From positions 23,870,001-23,934,000 of the forward strand of contig OZ024742.1 of NCBI GenBank assembly GCA_964016885.1: DNA of 64,000 bases, read 5' to 3'. The notes beneath the pieces were generated by a model. That model was not told the origin of the DNA, ran no database searches, and saw only the letters and a list, made by a program, of their open reading frames with translations. The stretch comes from Eledone cirrhosa. Lineage: Eukaryota. Every line of letters starts with the position of its first letter. The stretch's first letter is position 1. Positions 15,001 through 28,916 of the stretch are shown piece by piece. The position numbers and the translations under genes are program-made.

Positions 15001-18000
15001 AAGATAGGAAGGAGTGCAAGGAGAGAAATATAGGAAGGAGTGAAAGGAGAGAAATATATAAAGGAGTGTAAGGAGAGAAAGATATGAAGGAGTGCAAGGA
15101 GAGAAAGATAGGAAGGAGTGCAAGGAGAGAAAGATACGAAGGAGTGCAAGGAGAGAAAGATAGAAAGGAGTGCAAGGAGAGAAGGATATGAAGGAGTGCA
15201 AGGAGAGAAAGATAGGAAGGAGTGCAAGGAGAGAAAGATAGGAAGGATTGCAAGGAGAGAAAGATAGGAAGGAGTGCAAGGAGAGAAAGATATGAAAGAG
15301 TGCAAGGAGAGAAAGATATGAAGGAGTGCAAGGAGAGCAAGATAGGACGGAGTGCAAGGAGAGAAAGATATGAAGGAGTGCAAGGAGAGAAAGATAGGAA
15401 GGAGTGCAAGGAGAGAAAGATAGGAAGGAGTGCAAGGAGAGAAAGATACGAAGGAGTGCAAGGAGAGAAAGATATAAAGGAGTGCAAGGAGAAAAAGATA
15501 GGAAGAAGTGCAAGGAGAGAAAGATAGGAAGGAGTGCAAGGAGAGAAAGATAGGAAGGAGTGCAAGGAGAGAAAGATACGAAGGAGTGCAAGGAGAGAAA
15601 GATAGGAAGGAGTGCAAGGAGAGAAATATAGGAAGGAGAGCAAGGAGAGAAACATAGGAAGGAGTGAAAGGAGAGAAAGATAGGAAGGAGTGCAAGGAGA
15701 GAAAGATATAAAGGAGTGCAAGGAGAGAAAGATATGAAGGAGTGCAAGGAGAGAAAGATAGGAAGGAGTGCAAGGAGAGAAAGATAGGAAGTAATGCAAG
15801 GAGAGAAAGATACGAAGGAGTGCAAGGAGAGAAAGATAGGAATGAGTGCAAGGAGAGAAGGATATGAAGGAGTGCAAGGAGAGAAGGATATGAAGGAGTG
15901 CAAGGAGAGAAAGATAGGAAGGATTGCAATGAGAGAAAGATAGGAAGGAGTGCAAGGAGAGAAAGATATGAAAGAGTGCAAGGAGAGAAAGATATGAAGG
16001 AGTGCAAGGAGAGAAAGATATGAAGGAGTGCAAGGAGAGAAAGATAGGAAGGAGTGCAAGGAGAGAAAGATAGGAAGGAGTGCAAGGAGAGAAAGATAGG
16101 AAGGAGTGCAAGGTGAGAAAGATAGGAAGGAGTGCAAGGAGAGAAAGATAGGTAGGAGTGCAAGGAGAGAAAGATAGGAAGGAGTGCAAGGAGAGAAAGA
16201 TAGGAAGGAGTGCAAGGAGAGAAAGATACGAAGGAGTGCAAAGAGAGAAAGATAGGAAGGGGTGCAAGGAGAGAAAGATATGAAGGATTGCAAGGAGATA
16301 AATAAAGGAAGGAGTTCAAGGAGAGAAAGATATGAAGGAGTGCAAGGAGAGAAATATATGAAGGAGTGCAAGGAGAGAAAGATAGGAAGGAGTGCAAGGA
16401 GAGAAAGATAGGAAGGAGTGCAAGGATAGAAAGATACGAAGGATTGCAAGGAGAGAAATATTCGAAGGAGTGCAAGGAGAGAAAGATAGGAAGGAGTGCA
16501 AGGAGAGAAAGATATGAAGGGGTGCAAGGAGAGAAAGATAGGAAGGAGTGCAAGGAGAGAAAGATAGGAAGGAGTGAAAGGAGGGAACGATATAAAGGAG
16601 TGCAAGGAGAGAAAGATGGGAAGTAGTGCAAGGAGAGAAAGATAGGAAGGAGTGCAAGGAGAGAAAGATAGGAAGGAGTGCAAGGAGAGAAAGATATGAA
16701 GGAGTGCAAGGAGAAAAAAGATATGAAGGAGTGCAAGGAGAGAAAGATAGGAAGGAGTGCAAGGAGAGAAAGATATGAAGGAGTGCAAGGAGAGAAGGAT
16801 AGGAAGGAGTGCAAGGAGAGAAACATAGGAAGGAGTGCAAGGAGAGAAAGGTACGAAGGAGTGCAAGGAGTAAAATATAGGAAGGAGTGCAAGGAGAGAA
16901 AGATAGGAAGGAGTGCAAGGAGAGGAAGATAGGAAGGAAGGCAAGGAGAGAAAGATATGAAGGAGTGCAAGGAGAGAAATATAGGAAGGAGTTCAAGGAG
17001 AGAAAGATAGGAAGGAGTGCAAGGAGAGTAAGATAGGAAGGAGTGCAAGGAGTGAAAGATACGAAGGAGTGAAAGGAGAGAAGGATAGGCAGCAGTGCAA
17101 GGAGAGAAAGAAGGAAGGAGTGCAAGGAGAGAAAGATACGAAGGAGTGCAAGGAGAGAAAGATATGAAGGAGTGCAAGGAGAGCAAGATAGGACGGAGTG
17201 CAAAGAGAGAAAGATATGAAGGAGTGCAAGGAGAGAAAGATAGGAAGGAGTGCAAGGAGAGAAAGATATGAAGGAGTGCAAGGAGAGAAAGTTACGAAGG
17301 AGTGCAAGGAGAGAAAGATAGGCAGGAGTGCAAGGAGAGAAAGATAGGAAGGAGTGCAAGGAGAGAAAGATAGGAAGGAGTGCAAGGAGAGAAAGATAGG
17401 AAGGAGTGCAAGGAGAGAAAGATACGAAGGAGTGCAAGGAGAGAAAGATAGGAAGGAGTGCAAGGAGAGAAAGATAGGAAGGAGTGCAAGGAGAGAAATA
17501 TAGGAAGGAGGGCAAGGAGAGGAACATAGGAAGGAGTGAAAGGAGAGAAAGATAGGAAGGAGTGCAAGGAGAGAAAGATATAAAGGAGTGCAAGGAGAGA
17601 AAGATATGAAGGAGTGCAAGGAGAGAAAGATAGGAAGGAGTGCAAGGAGAGCAAGATAGGACGGAGTGCAAGGAGTGAAAGATTCGAAGGAGTGAAAGGA
17701 GAGAAGGATAGGCAGGAGTGCAAGGAGAGAAAGATAGGAAGGAGTGCAAGGAGAGAAAGATACGAAGGAGTGCAAGGAGAGAAAGATAGGAAGGAGTGCA
17801 AGGAGAGAAAGATAGGAAGGAGTGCAAGGAGAGAAATATAGGAAGGAGGGCAAGGAGAGGAACATAGGAAGGAGTGAAAGGAGAGAAAGATAGGAAGGAG
17901 TGCAAGGAGAGAAAGATATAAAGGAGTGCAAGGAGAGAAAGATATGAAGGTGTGCAAGGAGAGAAAGATAGGAAGGAGTGCAAGGAGGGAACGATATATA

Positions 18001-21000
18001 GGAGTGCAAGGAGAGAAAAATAGGAAGGAGTGCAAGGAGAGAAAGATAGGAAGGAGTGCAAGGAGAGAAAGATAGGGAGGAGTGCAAGGAGAGAAAGATA
18101 CGAAGGAGTGCAAGGAGAGAAAGATAGGAAGGAGTGCAAGGAGAGTAAGATAGGAAGGAGTGCAAGGAGTGAAAGATACGAAGGAGTGAAAGGAGAGAAG
18201 GATAGGCAGGAGTGCAAGGAGAGAAAGAAGGAAGCAGTGCAAGGAGAGAAAGATACGAAGTAGTGCAAGGAGAGAAAGATAGGAAGGAGTGCAAGGAGAG
18301 CAAGATAGGACGGAGTGCAAGGAGAGAAAGATATGAAGGAGTGCAAGGAGAGAAAGATAGGAAGGAGTGCAAGGAGAGGAAAATATGAAGGAGTGCAAGG
18401 AGAGAAAGATACGAAGGAGTGCAAGGAGAGAAAGATAGGCAGGAGTGCAAGGAGAGAAAGATAGGAAGGAGTGCAAGGAGAGAAAGATAGGAAGGAGTGC
18501 AAGGAGAGAAAGATAGGAAGGAGTGCAATGAGAGAAAGATACGAAGGAGTGCAAGGAGAGAAAGATAGGAAGGAGTGCAAGGAGAGAAAGATAGGAAGGA
18601 GTGCAAGGAGAGAAATATAGGAAGGAGAGCAAGGAGAGGAACATAGGAAAGAGTGAAAGGAGAGAAAGATATAAAGGAGTGTAAGGAGAGAAAGATATGA
18701 AGGAGTGCAAGGAGAGAAAGATAGGAAGGAGTGCAAGGAGAGAAAGATACGAAGGAGTGCAAGGAGAGAAAGATAGAAAGGAGTGCAAGGAGAGAAGGAT
18801 AGGAATGAGTGCAAGGAGAGAAGGATATGAAGGAGTGCAAGGAGAGAAGGATATGAAGGAGTGCAATGAGAGAAAGATAGGAAGGAGTGCAAGGAGAGAA
18901 AGATATGAAAGAGTGCAAGGAGAGAAAGATATGAAGGAGTGCAAGGAGAGAAAGATATGAAGGAGTGCAAGGAGAGAAAGATAGGAAGGAGTGCAAGGAG
19001 AGAAAGATAGGAAGGAGTGCAAGGAGAGAAAGATAGGAAGGAGTGCAAGGTGAGAAAGATAGGAAGGAGTGCAAGGAGAGAAAGATAGGTAGGAGTGCAA
19101 GGAGAGAAAGATAGGAAGGAGTGCAAGGAGAGAAAGATAGGAAGGAGTGGAAGGAGAGAAAGATACGAAGGAGTGCAAAGAGAGAAAGATATGAAAGAGT
19201 GCAAGGAGAGAAAGATATGAAGGAGTGCAAGGAGAGCAAGATATGACGGAGTGCAAGGAGAGAAAGATATGAAGGAGTGCAAGGAGTGAAAGATAGGAAG
19301 GAGTGCAAGGAGAGAAAGATAGGAAGGAGTGCAAGGAGAGAAAGATACGAAGGAGTGCAAGGAGAGAAAGATATAAAGGAGTGCAAGGAGAGAAAGATAG
19401 GAAGAAGTGCAAGGAGAGAAAGATAGGAAGGAGTGCAAGGAGAGAAAGATAGGAAGGAGTGCAAGGAGAGAAAGATACGAAGGAGTGCAAGGAGAGAAAG
19501 ATAGGAAGGAGTGCAAGGAGAGAAATATAGGAAGGAGAGCAAGGAGAGAAACATAGGAAGGAGTGAAAGGAGAGAAAGATAGGAAGGAGTGCAAGGAGAG
19601 AAAGATATAAAGGAGTGCAAGGAGAGAAAGATATGAAGGAGTGCAAGGAGAGAAAGATAGGAAGGAGTGCAAGGAGAGAAAGATAGGAAGTAATGCAAGG
19701 AGAGAAAGATACGAAGGAGTGCAAGGAGAGAAAGATAGGAATGAGTGCAAGGAGAGAAGGATATGAAGGAGTGCAAGGAGAGAAGGATATGAAAGAGTGC
19801 AAGGAGAGAAAGATAGGAAGGATTGCAATGAGAGAAAGATAGGAAGGAGTGCAAGGAGAGAAAGATATGAAGGAGTGCAAGGAGAGAAAAGATATGAAGG
19901 AGTGCAAGGAGAGAAAGATAGGAAGGAGTGCAAGGAGAGAAAGATAGGAAGGAGTGCAAGGAGAGAAAGATAGGAAGGAGTGCAAGGTGAGAAAGATAGG
20001 AAGGAGTGCAAGGAGAGAAAGATAGGTAGGAGTGCAAGGAGAGAAAGATAGGAAGGAGTGCAAGGAGAGAAAGATAGGAAGGAGTGCAAGGAGAGAAAGA
20101 TACGAAGGAGTGCAAAGAGAGAAAGATAGGAAGGGGTGCAAGGAGAGAAAGATATGAAGGAGTGCAAGGAGATAAATAAAGGAAGGAGTTCAAGGAGAGA
20201 AAGATATGAAGGAGTGCAAGGAGAGAAATATATGAAGGAGTGCAAGGAGAGAAAGATAGGAAGGAGTGCAAGGAGAGAAAGATAGGAAGGAGTGCAAGGA
20301 TAGAAAGATACGAAGGAGTGCAAGGAGAGAAATATTCGAAGGAGTGCAAGGAGAGAAAGATAGGAAGGAGTGCAAGGAGAGAAAGATATGAAGGGGTGCA
20401 AGGAGAGAAAGATAGGAAGGAGTGCAAGGAGAGAAAGATAGGAAGGAGTGAAAGGAGGGAACGATATAAAGGAGTGCAAGGAGAGAAAGATAGGAAGTAG
20501 TGCAAGGAGAGAAAGATAGGAAGGAGTGCAAGGAGAGAAAGATAGGAAGGAGTGCAAGGAGAGAAAGATATGAAGGAGTGCAAGGAGAGAAAGATATGAA
20601 GGAGTGCAAGGAGAGAAAGATAGGAAGGAGTGCAAGGAGAGAAAGATATGAAGGAGTGCAAGGAGAGAAGGATAGGAAGGAGTGCAAGGAGAGAAACATA
20701 GGAAGGAGTGCAAGGAGTAAAATATAGGCAGGAGTGCAAGGAGAGAAAGATAGGAAGGAGTGCAAGGAGAGGAAGATAGGAAGGAAGGCAAGGAGAGAAA
20801 GATATGAAGGAGTGCAAGGAGAGAAAGATAGGAAGAGTGCAAGGAGAGAAAGATATGAAGGAACGCAACGAGAGAAAGATATGAAGGACTGCAAGGAGAG
20901 AAAGATATGAAGGACTGCAAGGAGAGAAAGATATGAAGGAGTGCAAGGAGAGAAATATAGGAAGGAGTGCAAGGAAAGAAAGATATGAAGGAGTGCAAGG

Positions 21001-24000
21001 AGAGAAAGATATGAAGGAGTGCAAGGAGAGAAAGATACGAAGGAGTGCAAGGAGAGAAAGATAGGAAGGAGTGCAAGGAGAGAAGGATATGAAGGAGTGC
21101 AAGGAGAGAAAGATAGGAAGGAGTGCAAGGAGAGAAAGATAGGAAGGATTGCAAGGAGAGAAAGATAGGAAGGAGTGCAAGGAGAGAAAGATAGGAAGGA
21201 GTGCAAGGAGAGAAAGATAGGAAGGAGTGCAAGGAGAGAAAGATAGGAAGGAGTGTAAGGAGAGAAAGATATGAATGAGTGCAAGGAGAGAAAGATATGA
21301 AGGAGTGCAAGGAGAGAAAGATAGGAAGGAGTACAAGGAGAGAAAGATAGGAAGGAGTACAAGGAGAGAAAGATAGGAAGGAGTACAAGGAGAGAAAGAT
21401 ATGAAGGAGTGCAAGGAGAGAAAGATAGGAATGAGTGCAAGGAGAGAAAGATATGAATGAGTGCAAGGAGAGAAAGATAGGAAGGAGTGCAAGGATAGAA
21501 AGATAGGAAGAGTGCAAGGAGAGAAAGATAGGAAGGAGTGCAAGGAGAGAAAGATAGGAAGGAGTGCAAGGAGAGAAAGATAGGAAGGAGTGCAAGGAGA
21601 GAAAGATATGAAGGAGTGCAAGGAGAGAAAGATAGGAAGGAGTACAAGGAGAGAAAGATAAGAAGGAGTGCAAGGAGAGAAAGATAGGTAGGAGTGCAAG
21701 GAGAGAAAGATAGGAAGGAGTGCAAGGAGAGAAAGATAGGAAGAGTGCAAGGAGAGAAAGATAGGAAGGAGTGCAAGGAGAGAAAGATAGGAAGGAGTGC
21801 AAGGAGAGAAAGATAGGAAGGAGTGCAAGGAGGGAAAGATATGAAGGAGTGCAAGGAGAGAAAGATAGGAAGGAGTACAAGGAGAGAAAGATATGGAGGA
21901 GTGCAAGGAGAGAAAGATAGGTAGGAGTGCAAGGAGAGAAAGATATGAATGAGTGCAAGGAGAGAAAGATAGGAAGGAGTGCAAGGAGAGAATTATATGA
22001 AGGAGTGCAAGGAGAGAAAGATAGGAAGGAGTGCAAGGAGAGAATTATATGAAGGAGTGCAAGGAGAGAAAGATATAACGGAGTGCAAGGAGAGAAAGAT
22101 TGGAAGGAGTGAAAGGAGAGAAAGATAGGAAGGAGTGCAAGGAGAGAAAGATATGAAGGAGTGCAAGGAGTGAAAGATAGGAAGGATTGCAAGGAGAGAA
22201 AGATATAAAGGAGTGCAAGTAGAGAAAGATAGCAAGTAGTGCAAGGAGAGAAAGATAGGAAGGAGTGCAAGGAGAGCAAGATAGGAAGGAGTGCAAGGAG
22301 AGAAAGATAGGAAGGAGTGCAAGGAGCCAAAGATAGGAAGAAGTGCAATGAGAGAAAGATATGAAGGTGTGCAAGGGGAGAAAGATAGGAAGGAGTGCAA
22401 GGAGTGAAAGATAGGAAGGATTGCAAGGAGAGAAAGATAGGAAGGAGTGCAACGAGAGAAAGATAGGAAGGAATGCAAGGAGAGAAAGATAGGAAGGAGT
22501 GCAAGGAGAGAAAGATAGGAAGGAGTGCAAGGAGATAAATATAGGAAAGAGTGCAAGGAGAGAAAGATATGAAGGAGTGCAAGGAGAGAAAGATATGAAG
22601 GAGTTCAAGGAGTGAAAGATATGAAGGAGTGCAAGGAGAGAAAGATGTGAAGGAGTGCAAGGAGAGAAAGATAGAATGGAGTGCAAGATGAGAAAGATAG
22701 GAAGGAGTACAAGGAGAGAAAGATATGAAGGAGCGCAAGGAGAGAAACATAGGAAGGAGTGCAAGGAGAGAAAGATATGAAGAAGTGCAAGGAGAGAAAG
22801 ATATGAAGGAGTGCAAGGAGAAAAGATATGAAGGAGTGCAAGGAGAGAATTATATGAAGGAGTGTAAGGAGAGAAAGATATGAAGGAGTGCAAGGAGAGA
22901 AAGATAGGAAGGAGTGCAAGGAGAGAAAGATAGGAAGGAGTGCAAGGAGAGAAAGATATGAAGGAGTGCAAGGAGAGAAAGATAGGAAGGAGTACAAGGA
23001 GAGAAAGATATGTAGGAGTGCAAGGAGAGAAAGATCCGAAGGAGTGCAAGGAGAGAAAGATAGGAAGGAGTGCAAGGAGAGAATTATATGAAGGAGTGCA
23101 AGGAGTGAAATGTATGAAGGAGTGCAAGGAGAGAAAGATAGGAAGGAGTGCAAGGAGCGAAAGATATGAAGGAGTGCAAGGAGAGAAAGATATTAAGGAG
23201 TACAAGGAGAGAAAGATATCAAGGAGTGCAAGGAGAGAAAGATAGGAAGGAGTGCAAGGAGAGAAAGATATGAAGGAGTGCAAGGAGAGAAAGATATGAA
23301 GGAGTGCAAGGAGAGAAAGATAGGAAGGAGTGCAAGGAGAGAAAGATAGGAAGGAGTGCAAGGAGAGAAAGATATGAAGGAGTGCAAGGAGAGAAAGATA
23401 GGAAGGAGTACAAGGAGAGAAAGATATGAAGGAGTGCAAGGAGAGAAAGATAGGTAGGAGTGCAAGGAGAGAAAGATATGAATGAGTGCAAGGAGAGAAA
23501 GATAGGAAGGAGTGCAAGGAGAGAATTATATGAAGCAGTGCAAGGAGAGAAAGATAGGAAGGAGTGCAAGGAGAGAATTATATGAAGGAGTGCAAGGAGA
23601 GAAAGATATGACGGAGTGCAAGGAGAGAAAGATAGGAAGGAGTGAAAGGAGAGAAAGATAGGAAAGAGTGCAAGGAGAGAAAGATATGAAGGAGTACAAG
23701 GAGAGAAAGATAGGAAGGATTGCAAGGAGAGAAAGATATAAAGGAGTGCAAGTAGAGAAAGATAGGAAGTAGTGCAAGGAGAGAAAGATAGGAAGGAGTG
23801 CAAGGAGAGCAAGATAGGAAGGACTGCAAGGAGAGAAAGATAGGAAGGAGTGCAACGAGAGAAAGATAGGAAGGAATGCAAGGAGAGAAAGATAGGAAGG
23901 AGTGCAAGGAGAGAAAGATAGGAAGGAGTGCAAGGAGATAAATATAGGAAAGAGTGCAAGGAGAGAAAGATATGAAGGAGTGCAAGGAGAGAAAGAGAGG

Positions 24001-26650
24001 AAGGAGTGCAAGGAGAGAAAGATATGAAGGAGTGCAATGTGAGAAAGATAGGAAGGAGTGCAAGGAGAGAAAGATATGAAGTATTGCAAGGAGAGAAAGA
24101 TAGGAAGGAGTGCAAGGAGAGAAAGATAGAAAGGAGTGCAAGGAGAGAAAGATAGGAAGGAGTGCAAGGAGAGAAAGATATGAAGGAGTGCAAGGAGAGA
24201 AAGATATTAAGGAGTACAAGGAGAGAAAGATATCAAGGAGTGCAAGGAGAGAAAGATAGGAAGGAGTGCAAGGAGAGAAAGATAGGAAGGAGTGCAAGGA
24301 GAGAAAGATATGAAGGAGTGCAAGGAGAGAAACATAGGAAGGAGTGCAAGGAGAGAAAGATAGGAAGGAGTGCAAGGAGAGAAAGATATGAAGGAGTGCA
24401 AGGAGAGAAAGATAGGAAGGAGTACAAGGAGAGAAAGATATGAAGGAGTGCAAGGAGAGAAAGATAGGTAGGAGTGCAAGGAGAGAAAGATATGAATGAG
24501 TGCAAGGAGAGAAAGATAGGAAGGAGTGCAAGGAGAGAATTATATGAAGCAGTGCAAGGAGAGAAAGATAGGAAGGAGTGCAAGGAGAGAATTATATGAA
24601 GGAGTGCAAGGAGAGAAAGATATGACGGAGTGCAAGGAGAGAAAGATAGGAAGGAGTGAAAGGAGAGAAAGATAGGAAGGAGTGCAAGGAGAGAAAGATA
24701 TGAAGGAGTGCAAGGAGAGAAAGATAGGAAGGATTGCAAGGAGAGAAAGATATAAAGGAGTGCAAGTAGAGAAAGATAGGAAGTAGTGCAAGGAGAGAAA
24801 GATAGGAAGGAGTGCAAGGAGAGCAAGATAGGAAGGAGTGCAAGGAGAGAAAGATAGGAAGGAGTGCAAGGAGAGAAAGATAGGAAGGAGTGCAATGAGA
24901 GAAAGATATGAAGGTGTGCAAGGAGAGAAAGATAGGAAGGAGTGCAAGGAGAGAAAGATAGGAAGGACTGCAAGGAGAGAAAGATAGGAAGGAGTGCAAC
25001 GAGAGAAAGATAGGAAGGAATGCAAGGAGAGAAAGATAGGAAGGAGTGCAAGGAGAGAAAGATAGGAAGGAGTGCAAGGAGATAAATATAGGAAAGAGTG
25101 CAAGGAGAGAAAGATATGAAGGAGTGCAAGGAGAGAAAGAGAGGAAGGAGTGCAAGGAGAGAAAGATATGAAGGAGTGCAATGTGAGAAAGATAGGAAGG
25201 AGTGCAAGGAGAGAAAGATATGAAGGATTGCAAGGAGAGAAAGATAGGAAGGAGTGCAAGGAGAGAAAGATAGGAAGGAGTGCAAGGAGAGAAAGATAGG
25301 AAGGAGTGCAAGGAGAGAAAGATAGGAAGGAGTGCAAGGAGAGAAAGATATGAAGGAGTTCAAGGAGTGAAAGATATGAAGGAGTGCAAGGAGAGAAAGA
25401 TGTGAAGGAGTGCAATGAGAGAAAGATAGAATGGAGTGCAAGGTGAGAAAGATAGGAAGGAGTACAAGGAGAGAAAGATATGAAGGAGCGCAAGGAGAGA
25501 AACATAGGAAGGAGTGCAAGGAGAGAAAGATATGAAGAAGTGCAAGGAGAGAAAGATATGAAGGAGTGCAAGGAGAGAAAGATATGAAGGAGTGCAAGGA
25601 GAGAATTATATGAAGGAGTGTAAGGAGAGAAAGATATGAAGGAGTGCAAGGAGAGAAAGATAGGAAGGAGTGCAAGGAGAGAAAGATAGGAAGGAGTGCA
25701 AGGAGAGAAAGATATGAAGGAGTGCAAGGAGAGAAAGATAGGAAGGAGTACAAGGAGAGAAAGATATGTAGGAGTGCAAGGAGAGAAAGATAGGAAGGAG
25801 TGCAAGGAGAGAAAGATAGGAAGGAGTGCAAGGAGAGAATTATATGAAGGAGTGCAAGGAGAGAAATATATGAAGGAGTGCAAGGAGAGAAAGATAGGAA
25901 GGAGTGCAAGGAGAGAAAGATAGGAAGGAGTGCAAGGAGAGAAATATATGAAGGAGTGCAAGGAGAGAAAGATATTAAGGAGTACAAGGAGAGAAAGATA
26001 TGAAGGAGTTCAAGGAGAGAAAGATAGGAAGGAGTCCAAGGAGAGAAAGATATGAAGGATTGCAAGGAGAGAAAGATAGGAAGGAGTACAAGAAGAGATA
26101 GATATGAAGGAGTGCAAGGAGAGAAAGATATGAAGGAGTGCAAGGAGAGAAAGATATGAAGGAGTGCAAGGAGAGAAAGATATGAACGAGTGCAAGGAGA
26201 GAAAGATAGTTAAGAGTGCAAGGAGAGAAAGATATGAATGAGTGCAAGGAGAGAAAGATATGAAGGAGTGCAAGGAGAGAAAGATATGAAGGAGTGCAAG
26301 GAGAGAAAGATAGGAAGGAGTACAAGGAGAGAAAGATATGAAGGAGTGCAAGGAGAGAAAGATAGGAAGGATTGCAAGGAGAGAAAGATATAAAGGAGTG
26401 CAAGGAGAGAAAGATATGAAGGAGTGCAAGGAGAGAAAGATAGGAAGGAGTGCAAGGAGTGAAAGATATGAAGGAGTGCAAGGAGGGAAAGATATAAAGG
26501 AGTGCAAGGAGAGAAAGATATGAAGGAGTGCAAGGAGAGAAAGATAGGAAGGAGTGCAAGGAGGGAAAGATATAAAGGAGTGCAAGGAGAGAAAGATATG
26601 AAGGTGTGCAAGGAGAGAAAGATAGGAAGGAGTGCAAGGAGGGAAAGATA
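1..26650 (+). repeat. 26-bp tandem satellite, consensus GGAGTGCAAGGAGAGAAAGATAGGAA, about 1,000 copies, runs off the left edge
   Basis: Directly visible 26-nt period with recurrent variants (GATAGG/GATATG/GATACG/GATATA); 23 of 26 consensus bases are purines on the + strand. Confidence 0.99.
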
Positions 26651-27538
26651 TGAAGGAGCGCCACAAGGAGTGCAAAGAAAGGAAGGGGCGCAAGGAGAGA
26701 AATGATAGGCAGGAGTTCAAGTAGAGAAATGATATGAAGGAGTGCAACAAGGAGAGTAAAGAAAGGAAGAAAAGCAAATAAGAGTGCAAGCATTGCAACG
26801 AGTAGAGCAAGGATAGCAATGAAAGAGGGGAGCAAGAGCCCTTTAGTTTCCTTGCCCTCATGTCCTCCTTGCCCGCCTCACTGCGCTCCTTGCACCCTCT
26901 TACCCTCCCTGCTCTCGGTGCCCTTCTTCTTGTTTTCCTTTCTCGCTTAGCCCTATTCCTTGTTCTCTTCTTGCAATTCCTCACGCATCATGCTCTATTT
27001 GCCCTCTTCTTGGCTCTCCTTACTCTTCTTGCACTACTTTCTCTCCTCGCGCTCCTCATTGCTCTACTTAATATTATTGCTCTTCTCTTGCACTGCTCCT
27101 TACATTCCTTGCTCTCTTCCTTACACTCCGAACTCTCCTACTTATACTCTTTGCTCTCTTTACTCTCTTTGCCCTCCCCTCTCTACTCACTGCTCTCTCT
27201 CTGTTCTCTCTGCTACCCTAACTCTCCGTGCTCTCCTACCTCTGTCTCCTCTCCCTACTCTCCCCATTGCTCTCCTTTCTCTCCCTGCTCCCTTTGATCT
27301 CATCATTGCTCTCCTTGCTCTTCTTGCTCTCCTTTCTCCCTTCCTTGCTCTCCTCAATGTTCTCCCTGCTCCCCTTGCTCTCCCCAATGCTCTCCCTACT
27401 CTCCTTAGTCTCCTCATTACTCTCCTTTCCCTTCCTGCCCCCTTGCTCTCCTCATTGCTCTCCTTGCTCTACTTTCTTTTCTTTTGCTCTTCTTTCTAAC
27501 CTTTCTCTTCTTGCACACCTTGGTATATTTGCTCCTTT
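26651..27538. repeat. Degenerate satellite edge with strand inversion near 26,838 (pyrimidine-rich reverse-complement-like copies)
   Basis: Units decay over 26,651-26,835, then motifs CTCCTTGCAC/CTCTCCTTGCTC (reverse complement of GTGCAAGGAG-type motifs) dominate to ~27,538. Confidence 0.7.
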
Positions 27539-27539
27539 T

Positions 27540-27597
27540 GAGAGAGAGAGAGAGAGAGAGTGAGATAGAGAGAGAGTGAAAGAGAGAGGGAGTGAGA

Positions 27598-27667
<70 letters not shown>
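27540..27667. repeat. (GA)n microsatellite
   Basis: Direct reading. Confidence 0.97.
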
Positions 27668-27669
<2 letters not shown>

Positions 27670-28090
27670 CAGATACATTGATAGATGTACATGTGTTTGT
27701 GTGCAGCGAAAGATATTTATATCTACATATATATAACTAATTAAATCAACTTGAAAATATTACTGGTACCTATTTTATAAGCTCCGCAACACAAGAAGGA
27801 TTTGAGCGCAAAGCATATAACGATACACTCAACTTACTTTTCTGCCACACTGTTTTGTTATGCTAGGTAAACCACATTGACACTGTACTGTATTCTTCAT
27901 ATAAAATAATTTCTAAAATCAAGTAATCCTTGATTTCTTCAAGATTTGACCATTTAGTTAAATGTCTTTCCATAATAATTCCTCTAATAAATATCATTTA
28001 GAAATTCTTGGCAAATTTACAAAGACTTTCTTTCTCAACGGCCATTCGTGATACTTAATTCTATGTATTAACCATTTTCTATTCTAGTCC

Positions 28091-28320
<230 letters not shown>

Positions 28321-28647
28321 ATGTATATGCGTGTGTGTATGTATATTGGTAGTTTTTTCCGTTCTTTGCCAGGGAACCTCTCCACGAACCAAAGGATCGT
28401 CTTCCTATCTTCCTTCGGTTGCAACGTTTTTCGAAATATTTACTTCTGCGTTCACAGATTGATTTTTTTTCAGTTTCAGAAGATCCCGTTAAGGGCGAAA
28501 GCACCGATTCTTTGCTTAAACTTTAATCTGTTATTTTAATAAATATATATCCATATAAGTATATATTACATATTATATATGTGTATATATATATATATAT
28601 TTATAGATAAATATACACGGGTGTGTATGATTGTGTATAGAAGATTA

Positions 28648-28916
28648 TATTAATAAAAGGAATTCCAAAATTGTCTGATTTACTCGTTTTATTTACAAAC
28701 CTTTAAAATTTATAATGGTATTAGAATGAAATAGTATGGTAGAATATTAAATGTTAAGTGTTAATTGAACAAGTACTTTCATGCTTTCGCAATCTTCAGG
28801 TTCATTTTTTGTGGTGACAGTCAAGTTGAAAATTGCAAATTTGACTGTCACCACAATATTTTAAAGGATTGTAAATAAAACGAGTAAATCAGACAAACTT
28901 GGAATTCCTTTTATTA

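Noticed and set aside
2189-26984. Giant minus-strand ORFs (up to 3,254 aa) and short K/R/E-rich plus-strand ORFs
   Set aside because: Open in all three frames because the 26-mer reverse complement lacks stops; 25-bp units shift frame freely; no domain content.
28477-28510. HHR-like CAGAAGA-tCCC-gttaa-GGGc-GAAAG
   Set aside because: Core mutated and no stem III/UH or stem I pairing; at most a decayed relic.
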